32,000 bases of DNA. Origin: Ignicoccus pacificus DSM 13166 (GTDB lineage Archaea; Thermoproteota; Thermoprotei_A; Sulfolobales; Ignicoccaceae). Numbering within the stretch: the first letter of the stretch is position 1; the number at the start of each line of letters is the position of its first letter. Of the stretch, positions 8,165-17,599 are shown piece after piece. The position numbers and the translations under genes are program-made. The notes beneath the pieces were generated by a model. That model did not search any database. It was not told the origin of the DNA and saw only the letters and a list, made by a program, of their open reading frames with translations. Location: contig CP006868.1 in NCBI GenBank assembly GCA_025340205.1, positions 1,560,001 through 1,592,000 on the forward strand. The letters are read 5' to 3'.

Positions 8165-10339
8165 TTATATGGAGGCCCTCTTGACCTCCTCTGCCAATCT
8201 CTCGTACCTCAAGATGTCCTCTCTCTTCAGACTCGGCGGCACCGCCTTCAGAGCCTTCTCGAAGTGCTTCATGCTCACTGGGACCGGCTTGAGGTTCTCC
8301 CTTAGGGCAATTAAGGCAGCCTCTCTGCACACGGCCGCGATGTCGGCACCGGTGTAGCCTTGGGTCATCTCGGCCAGCTTCTCCAAATCGACGTCGTCTG
8401 CCAAGGGCATTCTCCTAGTGTGCACCCTGAAGATCTCTAACCTTGCCTTCTTGTCCGGAGGTGGTACGTAGATCAGTCTGTCGAACCTTCCGGGCCTCAG
8501 CAGAGCCGGGTCGAGCAAGTCGGGCCTGTTGGTGGCTGCTATTACGGTGACCCTCTGGAGGGGCTCTATTCCATCCATCTCGGTGAGTAGCTGGTTCACT
8601 ATCCTGTCGAGCACTCCGCTAACATCCCTTCCTCTTCTAGCGGCAATGCTGTCTATCTCATCGAAGAACACTATGGTTGGAGCCGCTTGCCTCGCCTTCC
8701 TGAATATCTCCCTTATCGCCTTCTCGCTCTCTCCCACCCACTTGCTGAGGACCTCAGGTCCTCTCACCGCGATGAAGTTCGCTTGGCTCTCGGTAGCAGC
8801 CGCCTTGGCTAAGAGCGTCTTACCGGTTCCGGGGGGACCGAAGAGGAGGATGCCCTTGGGAGGTTCGATACCCATCTCAGTGAAGAACTCTGGGTGCTTG
8901 AGCGGCCACACCACGGCCTCCTTCAGCTGCTGCTTGACCTCCTCTAGACCTCCTATGTCCTCCCAGTGGACCTCGGGGACCTCGATGTAGACCTCCCTCA
9001 TTAGAGTCGGCTGAACTACCTTCATTGCGTTCAAGAAGTCCTTGAAGCTAACCTTGAGTTTCTCGAGCTCGCTGGTGGGTATCTTCTCTACCTTAGTTAG
9101 GTCAATTCCCTTCTCCTTAAAGAATCTCCTCAGTGCATTCATCGCTGCCTCCTTCACCAAGGCAGCTAGGTCCGCTCCGGTGTAGCCGTGAGTCATCTCC
9201 GCTATCTTGTCTAGGTCCACGTCCTCCGCTAGAGGTACGTTCCTAGTGTGAACCTCCAGTATCGCCTTCCTCGCCCTCTTATCGGGCGGAGGTATCTCTA
9301 TCTCTCTGTCGAACCTTCCAGGTCTCCTTAGGGCCGGATCGATGGCGTCGGGCCTGTTGGTGGCTCCTATTACCACGACCCTTCCTCTCTCTTGCAGTCC
9401 GTCCATCAGCGTCAACAGCTGTGCCACTACCCTCTTCTCCACCTCGCCGGTTACCTCCTCCCTCTTGGGGGCTATGGCGTCTATCTCGTCGATGAATATG
9501 ATGCTCGGAGCGTTCTTCCTAGCCTCCTCGAAGATCTCCCTCAACCTCTGCTCGCTCTCTCCGTAGTACTTGCTCATGATCTCTGGTCCGTTTATGGCGA
9601 TGAAGTAAGCTCCTATCTCATTGGCTAGGGCCTTTGCCAACATGGTCTTACCGGTTCCAGGAGGGCCGTAGAGGAGCACTCCCTTGGGAGGCTCTATTCC
9701 TAGGTGCCTGAAGACCTCTGGATGCTTCATCGGTAGCTCGACTATCTCCCTTAGCCTCTCCTTGGCCTCCTCTAGGTCTCCTATGTCCTCCCAAGTTACC
9801 TTAGGAACGCCCTTTATTGCCTCCTCCTTCACCGGCTTCTTACTTATCTTCACCTCAGTGTTCTCAGTCACGTATACCTTGGTGCCGGGCTGAGTGCTGA
9901 CGACCAATAGCTCAATGCTGGTCCCGAAGAAGGGTATCAGCACCTTCTCTCCTCTAACCAAAGGCTTGCCCAAGAGCATCTTCTTTACGTACTGCTCGAA
10001 GTCCGGTCCGAACTCTATGGGCTCAGTGGGCGCTAGAGTTACCCTAGTAGCCTCCTCTACCTTAGCCTTCCTTACGGTCACGTAGTCGCCTATGCTCACT
10101 CCTATCTGTTGTCTGCTTAGTCCATCTATTCTAATGATGTTCTTACCCTCATCTTGAGGATGAGCTGGCCAAACTTGCAGAACGATACTTCCCTTGGGCC
10201 CCTCTACCTCCACGAAGTCTCCGGTCACGACGTCAAGCTCTTTCATGTTGTGTCTGCTGATCCTCGCTATCTTCCTTCCAACGTCCCTCTGGCGGGCCTC
10301 CGCTACCCTAAGCCTCAGCTCCTTCCCTTCCATACACAA
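8165..10339 (-). CDS. cdc48: CDC48/VCP-type AAA ATPase (VAT-like, two AAA domains)
   Basis: Two Walker A motifs ([15 protein letters not shown]; [15 protein letters not shown]), Walker B ([15 protein letters not shown]; [15 protein letters not shown]), CDC48-N domain, and the C-terminal [13 protein letters not shown] segment. Confidence 0.97.
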   Translation of the reverse strand: MCMEGKELRLRVAEARQRDVGRKIARISRHNMKELDVVTGDFVEVEGPKGSIVLQVWPAHPQDEGKNIIRIDGLSRQQIGVSIGDYVTVRKAKVEEATRVTLAPTEPIEFGPDFEQYVKKMLLGKPLVRGEKVLIPFFGTSIELLVVSTQPGTKVYVTENTEVKISKKPVKEEAIKGVPKVTWEDIGDLEEAKERLREIVELPMKHPEVFRHLGIEPPKGVLLYGPPGTGKTMLAKALANEIGAYFIAINGPEIMSKYYGESEQRLREIFEEARKNAPSIIFIDEIDAIAPKREEVTGEVEKRVVAQLLTLMDGLQERGRVVVIGATNRPDAIDPALRRPGRFDREIEIPPPDKRARKAILEVHTRNVPLAEDVDLDKIAEMTHGYTGADLAALVKEAAMNALRRFFKEKGIDLTKVEKIPTSELEKLKVSFKDFLNAMKVVQPTLMREVYIEVPEVHWEDIGGLEEVKQQLKEAVVWPLKHPEFFTEMGIEPPKGILLFGPPGTGKTLLAKAAATESQANFIAVRGPEVLSKWVGESEKAIREIFRKARQAAPTIVFFDEIDSIAARRGRDVSGVLDRIVNQLLTEMDGIEPLQRVTVIAATNRPDLLDPALLRPGRFDRLIYVPPPDKKARLEIFRVHTRRMPLADDVDLEKLAEMTQGYTGADIAAVCREAALIALRENLKPVPVSMKHFEKALKAVPPSLKREDILRYERLAEEVKRASI

Positions 10340-10405
10340 TCTCCCGTGATATCACTTGAGCGAATTACTTAAGAATAGGGGTCTTCAGCACTTATTATAA
10401 GAACT

Positions 10406-11770
10406 TTACTTCAAGGAGTCATAACATCTTCCGATTCTCGACCATTCATTGCTCACGAACTTCACTAACTCCTCTATTCCATTGAGGACCTTGTTTAATA
10501 TGGGCCTCCAGTTCCCTGGAGAACCCAAGTTCCTCCTAGAAGCTATTGGATCCTCTAGCCTCTCCTCACCCAAGACGCTTCTCTCTATCGCATCCATATC
10601 GTATCCGTGTTCTTTTACGGCCAAAGCTACTCTCTTATAGGCCTCCCTGAACGGGATACCTTTTTTCATACTCAAGTACTCTGCCACATCAGCAGCTCTC
10701 AAGGGATATGAGAAGGCCCTCTCAACTCCCTTACCTACCTCAACCTCTCTGACGAAGTCAGCTATGACTATTACAGTTCTCCTAAAGCGTCTGAAGGCCT
10801 CCCATAAGCTAGGCGAGAGCTGTTGTAGATCGAGGCAGTACCCGGAAGGTAGACCCTTAAGCGTCAGCATGAACTCTTGAAGAACAGAGTTTACCTTGGC
10901 TAGCTCAGCTCTAGCTATCTCCAAGGTAGCAGGATTTCTCTTATGAGGCATTATAGAAGAGGTGCCCGCATGCGAAGAAGGCACTTCAACTAACCCAACC
11001 ATAGGGTTAGAGAACAAGAACATATCCTCGAGGAACCTCCAGAGGACGAGGCTCAAGAGTTGGAGGACTTGAAGGCTCGCCACCATGAATTCTCTGCTAG
11101 TGGTAGCGTAGATCGTGTTCATAGCTAAGTCCTTGAAGCATAACTTTTCACATATCCTACTCCTGTTCACAGGTACAGTGCTTCCGGCTACTGCCGCACT
11201 TCCCATGGGACATTTATCTATGAATTCATAAGCACCAAAGATAATTGAGGTTATATCAATTATCTCCTCAGCGAAGTTAAGTAAGTAGTGACCGAAGGTC
11301 GTAGGTTGAGCAGGTTGGAAGTGAGTGAACGCGGGAAAGGGGACGTCGGTATAGGCCGCGGCCTTGGTCACCATTTCCTTTAGGAGTACTATCAAGGAAT
11401 CCATTAGGTCTAACATCTCTTCTCTTACCCTCATTCTGAGAGCCGTAGCTACTTGGTCGTTCCTGCTCTTACCGAGGTTAAGCCACTTACCCTCAGCTGT
11501 TCTCTTACTCACATGATACTCTATAGCCTCATGGATGTCCTCATAGGTACCCCTTACTTCGGTACAATCGAAGTCCTCCAACACCTCCAAGAGTTTCGAG
11601 ACTACCTTGGTACTCAAGTTCCCGGATTCCCCGAGCTCTATCACGTGGGCCTTCAAGACGTCGATAACATAATCGCATATGTAGAGGTCAAAGGACATAG
11701 ATGATATGTAACTCGAAATCCACTTCGGTTGGGAGCCCAAGGCGTAGCTCCGGTACTGCTCCACCCTCAC
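10406..11770 (-). CDS. argH: Argininosuccinate lyase
   Basis: Signatures LNLGKSRNDQVATALRMRVREEM, PFPAFTHFQPAQPTTFGHYLL, GTSSIMPHKRNPATLEIARA. Confidence 0.95.
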   Translation of the reverse strand: MRVEQYRSYALGSQPKWISSYISSMSFDLYICDYVIDVLKAHVIELGESGNLSTKVVSKLLEVLEDFDCTEVRGTYEDIHEAIEYHVSKRTAEGKWLNLGKSRNDQVATALRMRVREEMLDLMDSLIVLLKEMVTKAAAYTDVPFPAFTHFQPAQPTTFGHYLLNFAEEIIDITSIIFGAYEFIDKCPMGSAAVAGSTVPVNRSRICEKLCFKDLAMNTIYATTSREFMVASLQVLQLLSLVLWRFLEDMFLFSNPMVGLVEVPSSHAGTSSIMPHKRNPATLEIARAELAKVNSVLQEFMLTLKGLPSGYCLDLQQLSPSLWEAFRRFRRTVIVIADFVREVEVGKGVERAFSYPLRAADVAEYLSMKKGIPFREAYKRVALAVKEHGYDMDAIERSVLGEERLEDPIASRRNLGSPGNWRPILNKVLNGIEELVKFVSNEWSRIGRCYDSLK

Positions 11771-11827
11771 TTCCCCGACGAAGACGTTTTAGGTATTATT
11801 TAGGTGAGCTAACGGAGGAGGAAGCGC

Positions 11828-12109
11828 ATGAACAACCCTTGGATGAAAGCAGCAGAGGAGTACGTTTGGGGCGCCGACATATTGATGACTATGGGGAGGT
11901 ACGCCCAAGCGCTTCTACTGGCTGCCCATTCCTACGACCTATGTACTAAGGCAAGGAGAGGTGACTTCAGCAAAGAGCCGCTGAAGTACGCTCCCGAGGA
12001 GTGGATTCAGCTGCTCTTCCCCGAGGGGGATCAAACTCCAGAAGACTTGGTTACTGAGGACAAGGCTTTAGAAGCTCTTGAGAGGGCAAAGAGATGCCTA
12101 GGGCTGTGA
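11828..12109 (+). CDS. Small helical hypothetical protein (possibly HEPN-like)
   Basis: 93 aa ORF; AAEEYVWGADILMTMGRYAQALLLAAHSYDLCTKA loosely resembles HEPN/TPR helical hairpins. Family unconfirmed. Confidence 0.55.
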   Translation: MNNPWMKAAEEYVWGADILMTMGRYAQALLLAAHSYDLCTKARRGDFSKEPLKYAPEEWIQLLFPEGDQTPEDLVTEDKALEALERAKRCLGL

Positions 12110-12162
12110 CGAGGAATCCGGGATCAGAGCTCTCGCGATGATGATTAGACTCGCAGCGGAGC

Positions 12163-13191
12163 GTGGTTCTATTGATAGGCTTAGTCGGAATAGCCTTGGA
12201 ATACTTCTTAGTCATATTCTTACCAACGGCTTTGATTCTCTCGTATCTGTACTTAGCCTCGCTTAGAGCTTACTTGGAGGGGGGCTCTAGAGGCTTCAAG
12301 TTAGCCGTCCTTCTGGGCGTGATACTCTCTTGGCTCGCAGCTATGCCCGGCCCTTTGGTTTTCATCGGAGCTTACTTGACTTCGTTGTTCCTCTTCTCCT
12401 TAGTGTGGTGGCCTAACTTCGAGCACTCGAAGACTTGGAGGGGGAAGCTCGAGGAATTCCTAGACTTTATTAAGAGACCAAAGGAGAGGTTCTTCGAAGG
12501 TTGTAGGACTTTCTCTGGATGTGTTCTCCGCTTTACCGCCTCGTGGCCCGCTCCCGCTACCATCGCCTCGACGCTTCAAGGTTTCTTAGCACCCCTAGTC
12601 TTGTTCGCAACGGGCTACGCTATCAACACCAATGTTGAAATACCTGAGTTCATAAAAGAGAAACCTTATTCTGAGAAGATAGCTTCCGCTATGAGGATAA
12701 TCATGACTTTGATAGCGTGGGCATACGCTGTAATGAATATACTGAAGAACCTGCTTCTCCCTCATTGGGTCCTAGTTCAAGAATATATAATAGCAGGTGA
12801 GACTTCGAAGCTCCCGTTAACGGCAAGGCTCTTAGCGATACTCTTTGGGAAGACGGCGGCCTACGTCTACGGCGCCCTCGTTGTAATACTAGCGGTTTAC
12901 ACGGCTTACAGGATATATCAACTACTCTCAAGGGTCGTTGGAGGTCCGCATACCTTCACCGCCCTAGCGCCGGTGATAGGCTACGCTCTAGCGGCGAACA
13001 AGCTAGGGGAACCCATGACCTCCATAGGCTATGCGCTCGGCATGACTATTGCCTTAAAGGGAATAGATCTCAGTGGCACCGGAAGGTTCCTTTTAAAACT
13101 GGAGAGGTTCGTTATTCGATTAGGTAGAGCTCTGTTAGAATATGATGTCCCGTTGGGACCATTGGCTAGGCTGTTGGGGGTGAAACGTTGA
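12163..13191 (+). CDS. Multi-spanning membrane protein of unknown function
   Basis: 342 aa ORF (GTG start) with many hydrophobic segments and 4 nt overlap with the next gene. Confidence 0.65.
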   Translation: MVLLIGLVGIALEYFLVIFLPTALILSYLYLASLRAYLEGGSRGFKLAVLLGVILSWLAAMPGPLVFIGAYLTSLFLFSLVWWPNFEHSKTWRGKLEEFLDFIKRPKERFFEGCRTFSGCVLRFTASWPAPATIASTLQGFLAPLVLFATGYAINTNVEIPEFIKEKPYSEKIASAMRIIMTLIAWAYAVMNILKNLLLPHWVLVQEYIIAGETSKLPLTARLLAILFGKTAAYVYGALVVILAVYTAYRIYQLLSRVVGGPHTFTALAPVIGYALAANKLGEPMTSIGYALGMTIALKGIDLSGTGRFLLKLERFVIRLGRALLEYDVPLGPLARLLGVKR

Positions 13192-13781
13192 GCAGCGAGG
13201 AGCTCTCTAGAGCACTGGGAGTAGTTAGGGAGATCAGCATTTGCAGGGTAAAGAACTTAGCTAAGGCGATGAACTCGCTCTCCTCTGCAATTTCGGCTAT
13301 GCTCACGGCTCTAATTGCTTCCTTCTTCGCTTACTTGTTCATAAGAGAGCCTATCTTTGGTTCCCTTCTCCTAGTTTCCATCTTATTCTTACTGGAGCTC
13401 ATAGTTTATTGGACCGCAAAGAAGAGCTTTACATACACCTTTAGGATGGCTGAAATTGCAGGAGAGAAGATAAATGATATCTACCTAATGTTATTTCCGT
13501 TAGCGATGCTAGTACCTCTAGCTATCTCAAAGTTCATTTACGTTCCCCAACTCACCTTGGCCTCCCCCTTCTTCGCCATAGGCGTCCTGAAGATAATCTC
13601 TAATACTGAGACTCCGAGGAGGGTGGGAGGCGTCGCCCTCATAAGCCTGTCAATGATTTCCAGTGCGGCGCCTCTCTCGACCACCCCGACAGCACTCTCA
13701 ATAGGGCTTGCCCTTAGCAACGTGATAGAGAGTTTGATGTTCATAGAGGAGGCTGAAAAGTGTGGAGGAGAGAGGACCTAG
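13188..13781 (+). CDS. Membrane protein of unknown function
   Basis: 197 aa ORF (TTG start) with several TM helices; its start overlaps the upstream stop and its end overlaps the downstream start. Confidence 0.6.
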   Translation: MSSEELSRALGVVREISICRVKNLAKAMNSLSSAISAMLTALIASFFAYLFIREPIFGSLLLVSILFLLELIVYWTAKKSFTYTFRMAEIAGEKINDIYLMLFPLAMLVPLAISKFIYVPQLTLASPFFAIGVLKIISNTETPRRVGGVALISLSMISSAAPLSTTPTALSIGLALSNVIESLMFIEEAEKCGGERT

Positions 13782-14121
13782 CGACGCTCTGCGAAAGCTT
13801 ATGGCACTCAAAATGAATCCCACGCGCATGGCTATTCTGCTCTATCTCGCGGCAAAGGGAGAGGTTAAGTTCAAGACATTATGTAAGGACTTGAAGCTGA
13901 CTCCGGGAAACGCCTGGAGCCATTTAGAGAAGCTCCAACGAGAGGGTCTCATAGAAATGAAGAGGGAGTTGCCCATTACTGGTAGCAAGGTTTCTGTGAG
14001 ACTCACTAAGAAGGGGTACGAGAGGGCCGACGAGATATTGAAGGTTATTTCAGAGTTAAGCAACCTTAGGTATCTTCTCTCTGGCGCTCTTGAGGGTTCC
14101 GAAGGCTCTGAGGGGGATTAA
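13762..14121 (+). CDS. Winged-helix DNA-binding protein (HTH_27/MarR/ArsR-like)
   Basis: LRKLMALKMNPTRMAILLYLAAKGEVKFKTLCKDLKLTPGNAWSHLEKLQREGLIEMKRELPITGSKVSVRLTKKGYE. Confidence 0.8.
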   Translation: MEERGPSDALRKLMALKMNPTRMAILLYLAAKGEVKFKTLCKDLKLTPGNAWSHLEKLQREGLIEMKRELPITGSKVSVRLTKKGYERADEILKVISELSNLRYLLSGALEGSEGSEGD

Positions 14122-14535
14122 CCTTACCCTGGTACCACAAGCCTCCTTAAGGAGCATGGTCGATGAAGCTAGGATCTCTTTGCCTTCTAGGTCACACCTG
14201 ACGATGATGCTATTAGTGTTAAGATCAAAGTAAACCAGCTTAGGGTTAGCTATAGCGAGACCTATCCTTCCGTAGCCCTTCTCTATAGCTTCCTTCATCG
14301 CCTCTTGGAGGCAAGAGGGATCGAGCTTTTCCGGCTCCTCGGCTAACACTTGCATCAGAACGTACCTTCTCCTCTCCTTCTCCCTCTTTTTAGATAGATT
14401 GACCTTCTCGACCCTTACTACACATTCTCTTTTCCAGAGTATAGATACCAATGAGAGGATTAGGGCGACTATGGCAATAGTTGTTCCTCCGAACATTCCA
14501 CTTCCCTCGGTAACGTTAGCCCGAGCTTCTTCCAC
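14056..14535 (-). CDS. RNase P protein component 2 (Pop5/Rpp14-like) with a predicted N-terminal transmembrane helix
   Basis: RRYVLMQVLAE...LQEAMKEAIEKGYGRIGLAIANPKLVYFDLNTNSIIVRCDLEGKEILASSTMLLKEACGTRVRLIPLRAFGTLKSAREK matches the Pop5 pattern. N-terminus GGTTIAIVALILSLVSILWKRE is hydrophobic. Confidence 0.68.
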   Translation of the reverse strand: MEEARANVTEGSGMFGGTTIAIVALILSLVSILWKRECVVRVEKVNLSKKREKERRRYVLMQVLAEEPEKLDPSCLQEAMKEAIEKGYGRIGLAIANPKLVYFDLNTNSIIVRCDLEGKEILASSTMLLKEACGTRVRLIPLRAFGTLKSAREKIPKVA

Positions 14536-14795
14536 GCTTCTAAGAGAAGCTCCTTCGCTTCCTTCTCATCGATCTCACGATTGATACAGAGCTTGACGAA
14601 TATATCCTCCTTGCCTTCTACCTCGATCCCGATGATGGATCCTCCTTCTTCCTTTCTTTCGGTCACCTTTACCTCTTCGGACTCAAGGATCGTTTCCCCA
14701 CCCTTACCCTTTGAATAAACATCTATTAGGACTAGATTACAATCTTCACCTTCAATAAAGAGTACTCTATGTTGACCACAGATAAAGCTCTTCAA
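14469..14795 (-). CDS. Hypothetical protein
   Basis: 108 aa ORF between two probable minus-strand genes; charged, non-repetitive composition. Overlaps the next gene start by 67 nt. Confidence 0.5.
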   Translation of the reverse strand: MKSFICGQHRVLFIEGEDCNLVLIDVYSKGKGGETILESEEVKVTERKEEGGSIIGIEVEGKEDIFVKLCINREIDEKEAKELLLEAWKKLGLTLPREVECSEEQLLP

Positions 14796-14799
14796 GGTA

Positions 14800-15033
14800 T
14801 CACTCGGAGAACTTTATGACTGGAACTAGCTGGGATCTGCAGTAAGGGCACCTTCCCCCTAGCTCCTTGTACTCTTCAGCACAGAAGTAGACGTTCAGCT
14901 TAGGGGTACACTTCGGACACTTGTATACCGGCTCTTTACTCACGTCAGCGTACCTGGCGTGGATGGCGCACCTAACGGTAACCCATCCCTTATGTCCTTG
15001 AGCGTTTACTCCATACACTCCTCCATACGACAT
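14800..15033 (-). CDS. Small zinc-ribbon-like hypothetical protein
   Basis: 77 aa with CPKC and CPYC motifs plus additional Cys/His (VRCAIH, YFCAEEY). Confidence 0.6.
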   Translation of the reverse strand: MSYGGVYGVNAQGHKGWVTVRCAIHARYADVSKEPVYKCPKCTPKLNVYFCAEEYKELGGRCPYCRSQLVPVIKFSE

Positions 15034-15117
15034 ATCTCGCTCCCCACGAGGGGGACATTGTGAGGATTAAATACCTCAACTTTTATCCATACCTCCATTG
15101 ATGGGCTGGTAACGGGA

Positions 15118-16395
15118 TTGCTGACCTTAGTCGTCCGAAGCAAGAGGGACGCGGATGCGCTAAAGAACATGTTGAAGAACTATCGAGGATCTTGGGACGC
15201 CGAAGTCCTTACCTTGAAGGGCGCTAGGGGGGAAAGGATCCTAGACGAACTACCTTCAATGGTATCATCTGATAGGATATACTTGGTCTTGCTAGGAAGG
15301 GAGGAGAAGGATATTGTAAGGGATTTGAGCAAGAAGACGCCGCCCAATGTCATAGTTCACATGGTACCCAAGAAGAGACTGAGAAACGCCAGATTAAGGG
15401 AGATGAGTTGGGAGTTGGAGGTCGCTAAAAGTCAACCTAGGCTCTGGTTCTCGTGGGAGGGGCCTCAAGCTTTTCTTAAAAAGAGATACATTAGAGGTGA
15501 GCCGGCCTCCGACTTGTTCTTGGGTTGGGGGCTTTGGTGGAAGACTCTAGGGATAGGTGATCCTTCACCAAAGGCATTTCTTGTGAAGAAGGGCGAAGGC
15601 GGATACCATGAGGTATATTCTAGAGGAAGAGTAGCCGCTATGTTCGAACTGGAAGACGATAGAGGTCCCGACACTACCTTGCTAGGGAAAGTAGAGGGCT
15701 TTGATTTGAAGAGGTTTGCAGAGTTAAGCAAAGACCTCGTGGAGAGCTTCGTAAAGGCTTCGGCTTCCTTGTTCGAAGGGTGTGAGCGCGTTGCCGTACC
15801 TTGGAGTGGGGGTAAGGATAGCACCGCTGCCTTGCTGATAGCTAAGAGGTTTTGTGATGACGTGAAGGCGATATATGTCGACACAGGAGTAGACATGGGT
15901 CTAAACATATACTATGTCAAGGAGTTAGCGGAAAGGCTTGACGTAGAACTTCATGTAGTCAAGGCCCCAGTCAAAGAGGAAATAGAAAGGAGGGGGTTGC
16001 CCCCAAAGGAGGACAGATGGTGTACAGGGCTCAAGATTAAGGCACTTGAGAACAAACTCAAGGAGTTAAAGGTAGACAGAGTGGTGGTTGGAGATAGGGA
16101 CGCTGAGTCTGTGTCTAGGTCTAAGAGGTGGGAGGTCAGGGAATGGGAAGGCGTTGGAAAAGTGATAGCTCCCCTGAAGCTGTGGAGTGCCGCCATGGTA
16201 CAGTCCTTCTTGATCTCCGAAGGCGTTCCGATAAACCCTCTCTATCCCTTAGGGTTCTACAGATTAGGATGCTACATTTGTCCTTTTTTGAGAAAGTACG
16301 AGAAGAGGTTGCTTAGGGAGGTAAGGGCCGCGAGGATGGGGGCAGACCTTAATCTGCTGAGGAGGTTTTTGGAGGGGGTTGACTTTGAGCTGTAG
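15118..16395 (+). CDS. PAPS reductase/ATP-pyrophosphatase-family (adenine nucleotide alpha-hydrolase) protein with N-terminal extension
   Basis: PP-loop VPWSGGKDSTAALLIAKRF, KAIYVDTGVDMGL, PPKEDRWCTGLKIKAL, VVGDRDAESVSRSKR, C-terminal CYICPFL, characteristic of the phosphoadenosine phosphosulfate reductase fold. Confidence 0.83.
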   Translation: MLTLVVRSKRDADALKNMLKNYRGSWDAEVLTLKGARGERILDELPSMVSSDRIYLVLLGREEKDIVRDLSKKTPPNVIVHMVPKKRLRNARLREMSWELEVAKSQPRLWFSWEGPQAFLKKRYIRGEPASDLFLGWGLWWKTLGIGDPSPKAFLVKKGEGGYHEVYSRGRVAAMFELEDDRGPDTTLLGKVEGFDLKRFAELSKDLVESFVKASASLFEGCERVAVPWSGGKDSTAALLIAKRFCDDVKAIYVDTGVDMGLNIYYVKELAERLDVELHVVKAPVKEEIERRGLPPKEDRWCTGLKIKALENKLKELKVDRVVVGDRDAESVSRSKRWEVREWEGVGKVIAPLKLWSAAMVQSFLISEGVPINPLYPLGFYRLGCYICPFLRKYEKRLLREVRAARMGADLNLLRRFLEGVDFEL

Positions 16396-17104
16396 ACAGA
16401 AGCGAGCGTTCTTAGACTCCCTTGCTAAGGCACTTACCGAAATCTCGAAGAAGGACGCTAATCCTGCTACCATAACCCTCGTCGAGTCACTAAGCTCCTT
16501 AGCCGATAACTTCAGACCGAGGATAGCTTGTTCTCCCCTAAGTCCCAAGCTCTGGGACACATTGAACAACTATCTTAGCGAGTTACTCTCGTCGGATCTT
16601 CCAAAGGCTAAGAGAATGGTTGAGAACTTGAGGGATTCCGTGCTTTCGTTGCAAATGGCAGAGCTCTCGTGGCAGCAGCGAACAATAACCATACTTGGTG
16701 CCTTAGCTGCTCTGACCTTCCTCGTAACGGGTCCTTCCCTTCCCTTCTACGGACTCCTAGGTTCATCAATGATAGCGATAGCTAGGCCCATAGAGGGGGG
16801 CATTCTATCCGTATTCTGGGCCCTTTTCCTGAGCGTCACTCAACCCATATTGGGTGCCTTAGTAGCCTTCGCTGCTATGATGACAACGTTTTCCTTTGTT
16901 CCACCTTCTCTAAACTTGGAGGTGCCCAAAGTGGAGGTGGAGGCCCCCAGCGAGGAAGAGGTGTTGAAACTCTTCGAAGAAGTCTATGGAAGAAAGGGAA
17001 GGGATCTCTTCTATTTTGAACTCAAGCAGCTGATGATATATGGGATGACTAAGGAGGAGGCGTTGAGCGAACTCTGGAAGAGGCTGGTCGGGGAAACGAC
17101 TTAA
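16379..17104 (+). CDS. Hypothetical protein with a central hydrophobic membrane region
   Basis: 241 aa ORF, helical N-terminal region, TM-like segments (ITILGALAALTFLVTG..., ILSVFWALFLSVTQPILGALVAFAAMM), C-terminal soluble tail. Overlaps the preceding ORF by 17 nt. Confidence 0.6.
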   Translation: MTLSCRQKRAFLDSLAKALTEISKKDANPATITLVESLSSLADNFRPRIACSPLSPKLWDTLNNYLSELLSSDLPKAKRMVENLRDSVLSLQMAELSWQQRTITILGALAALTFLVTGPSLPFYGLLGSSMIAIARPIEGGILSVFWALFLSVTQPILGALVAFAAMMTTFSFVPPSLNLEVPKVEVEAPSEEEVLKLFEEVYGRKGRDLFYFELKQLMIYGMTKEEALSELWKRLVGETT

Positions 17105-17136
17105 CTCTCGCCTCTACACGCTGAGGGGGTGAGAGC

Positions 17137-17592
17137 GTGTCAGCGCCAGGAGGAAAGAGCAAGGAGTTGAAGATTGTAGCAAGGCAAGTAGTAACGCTAG
17201 ATGACATAAAGAAGAGCAAAAGGATGATCACCGTACTGCACATAGTGAAGCACCTTGGTGAGATCTCCGAGAAGGGTCTAACGCACTTGCTCTACGAAAT
17301 GAAGGAAAAGGGAGTCGACCTAGGCTACCAGTTTGTTAAGATAGGAAAGGTAATAGGTAGCAACGAGGTTCACCAAGACATCCTAGATTTACTCTATGTG
17401 GGTCTCATGGAGAGGGTGCCGGGCAAGAACAAGCTACGCTTGACCTCTGACGGCGAGGAGTTCTTGGAGAAGTACGGTGGAATAGTTTCCGAGGATGAAC
17501 TAAAGAGGATACTGGAAGTGGTCGATGAATTGAAGAGTACCATCAGTACGATCGAGGCAGAGGCTGAGATGAAAGGTAGAGTAAGGTGGTAG
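17137..17592 (+). CDS. Winged-helix-like hypothetical protein
   Basis: 151 aa: RMITVLHIVKHLGEISEKGLTHLLYEM...DILDLLYVGLMERVPGKNKLRLTSDGEEFLEKYGG resembles archaeal wHTH proteins. Confidence 0.62.
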   Translation: MSAPGGKSKELKIVARQVVTLDDIKKSKRMITVLHIVKHLGEISEKGLTHLLYEMKEKGVDLGYQFVKIGKVIGSNEVHQDILDLLYVGLMERVPGKNKLRLTSDGEEFLEKYGGIVSEDELKRILEVVDELKSTISTIEAEAEMKGRVRW

Positions 17593-17599
17593 GTTTCAC

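Noticed and set aside
8529-10085. Several long antisense ORFs opposite the CDC48 gene (8529-8990, 9342-9566, 9392-9628, 9684-9893, 9894-10085)
   Set aside because: Low-complexity Ser/Thr/Leu-rich translations opposite a highly conserved AAA ATPase; shadow ORFs of codon bias. Some track strand assignments are on the antisense strand or other frames of the same gene.
12138-12144. ATGATGA resembling a C/D box sRNA C box
   Set aside because: No convincing D box (CTGA) at suitable distance and no guide pairing could be argued by eye; insufficient support.
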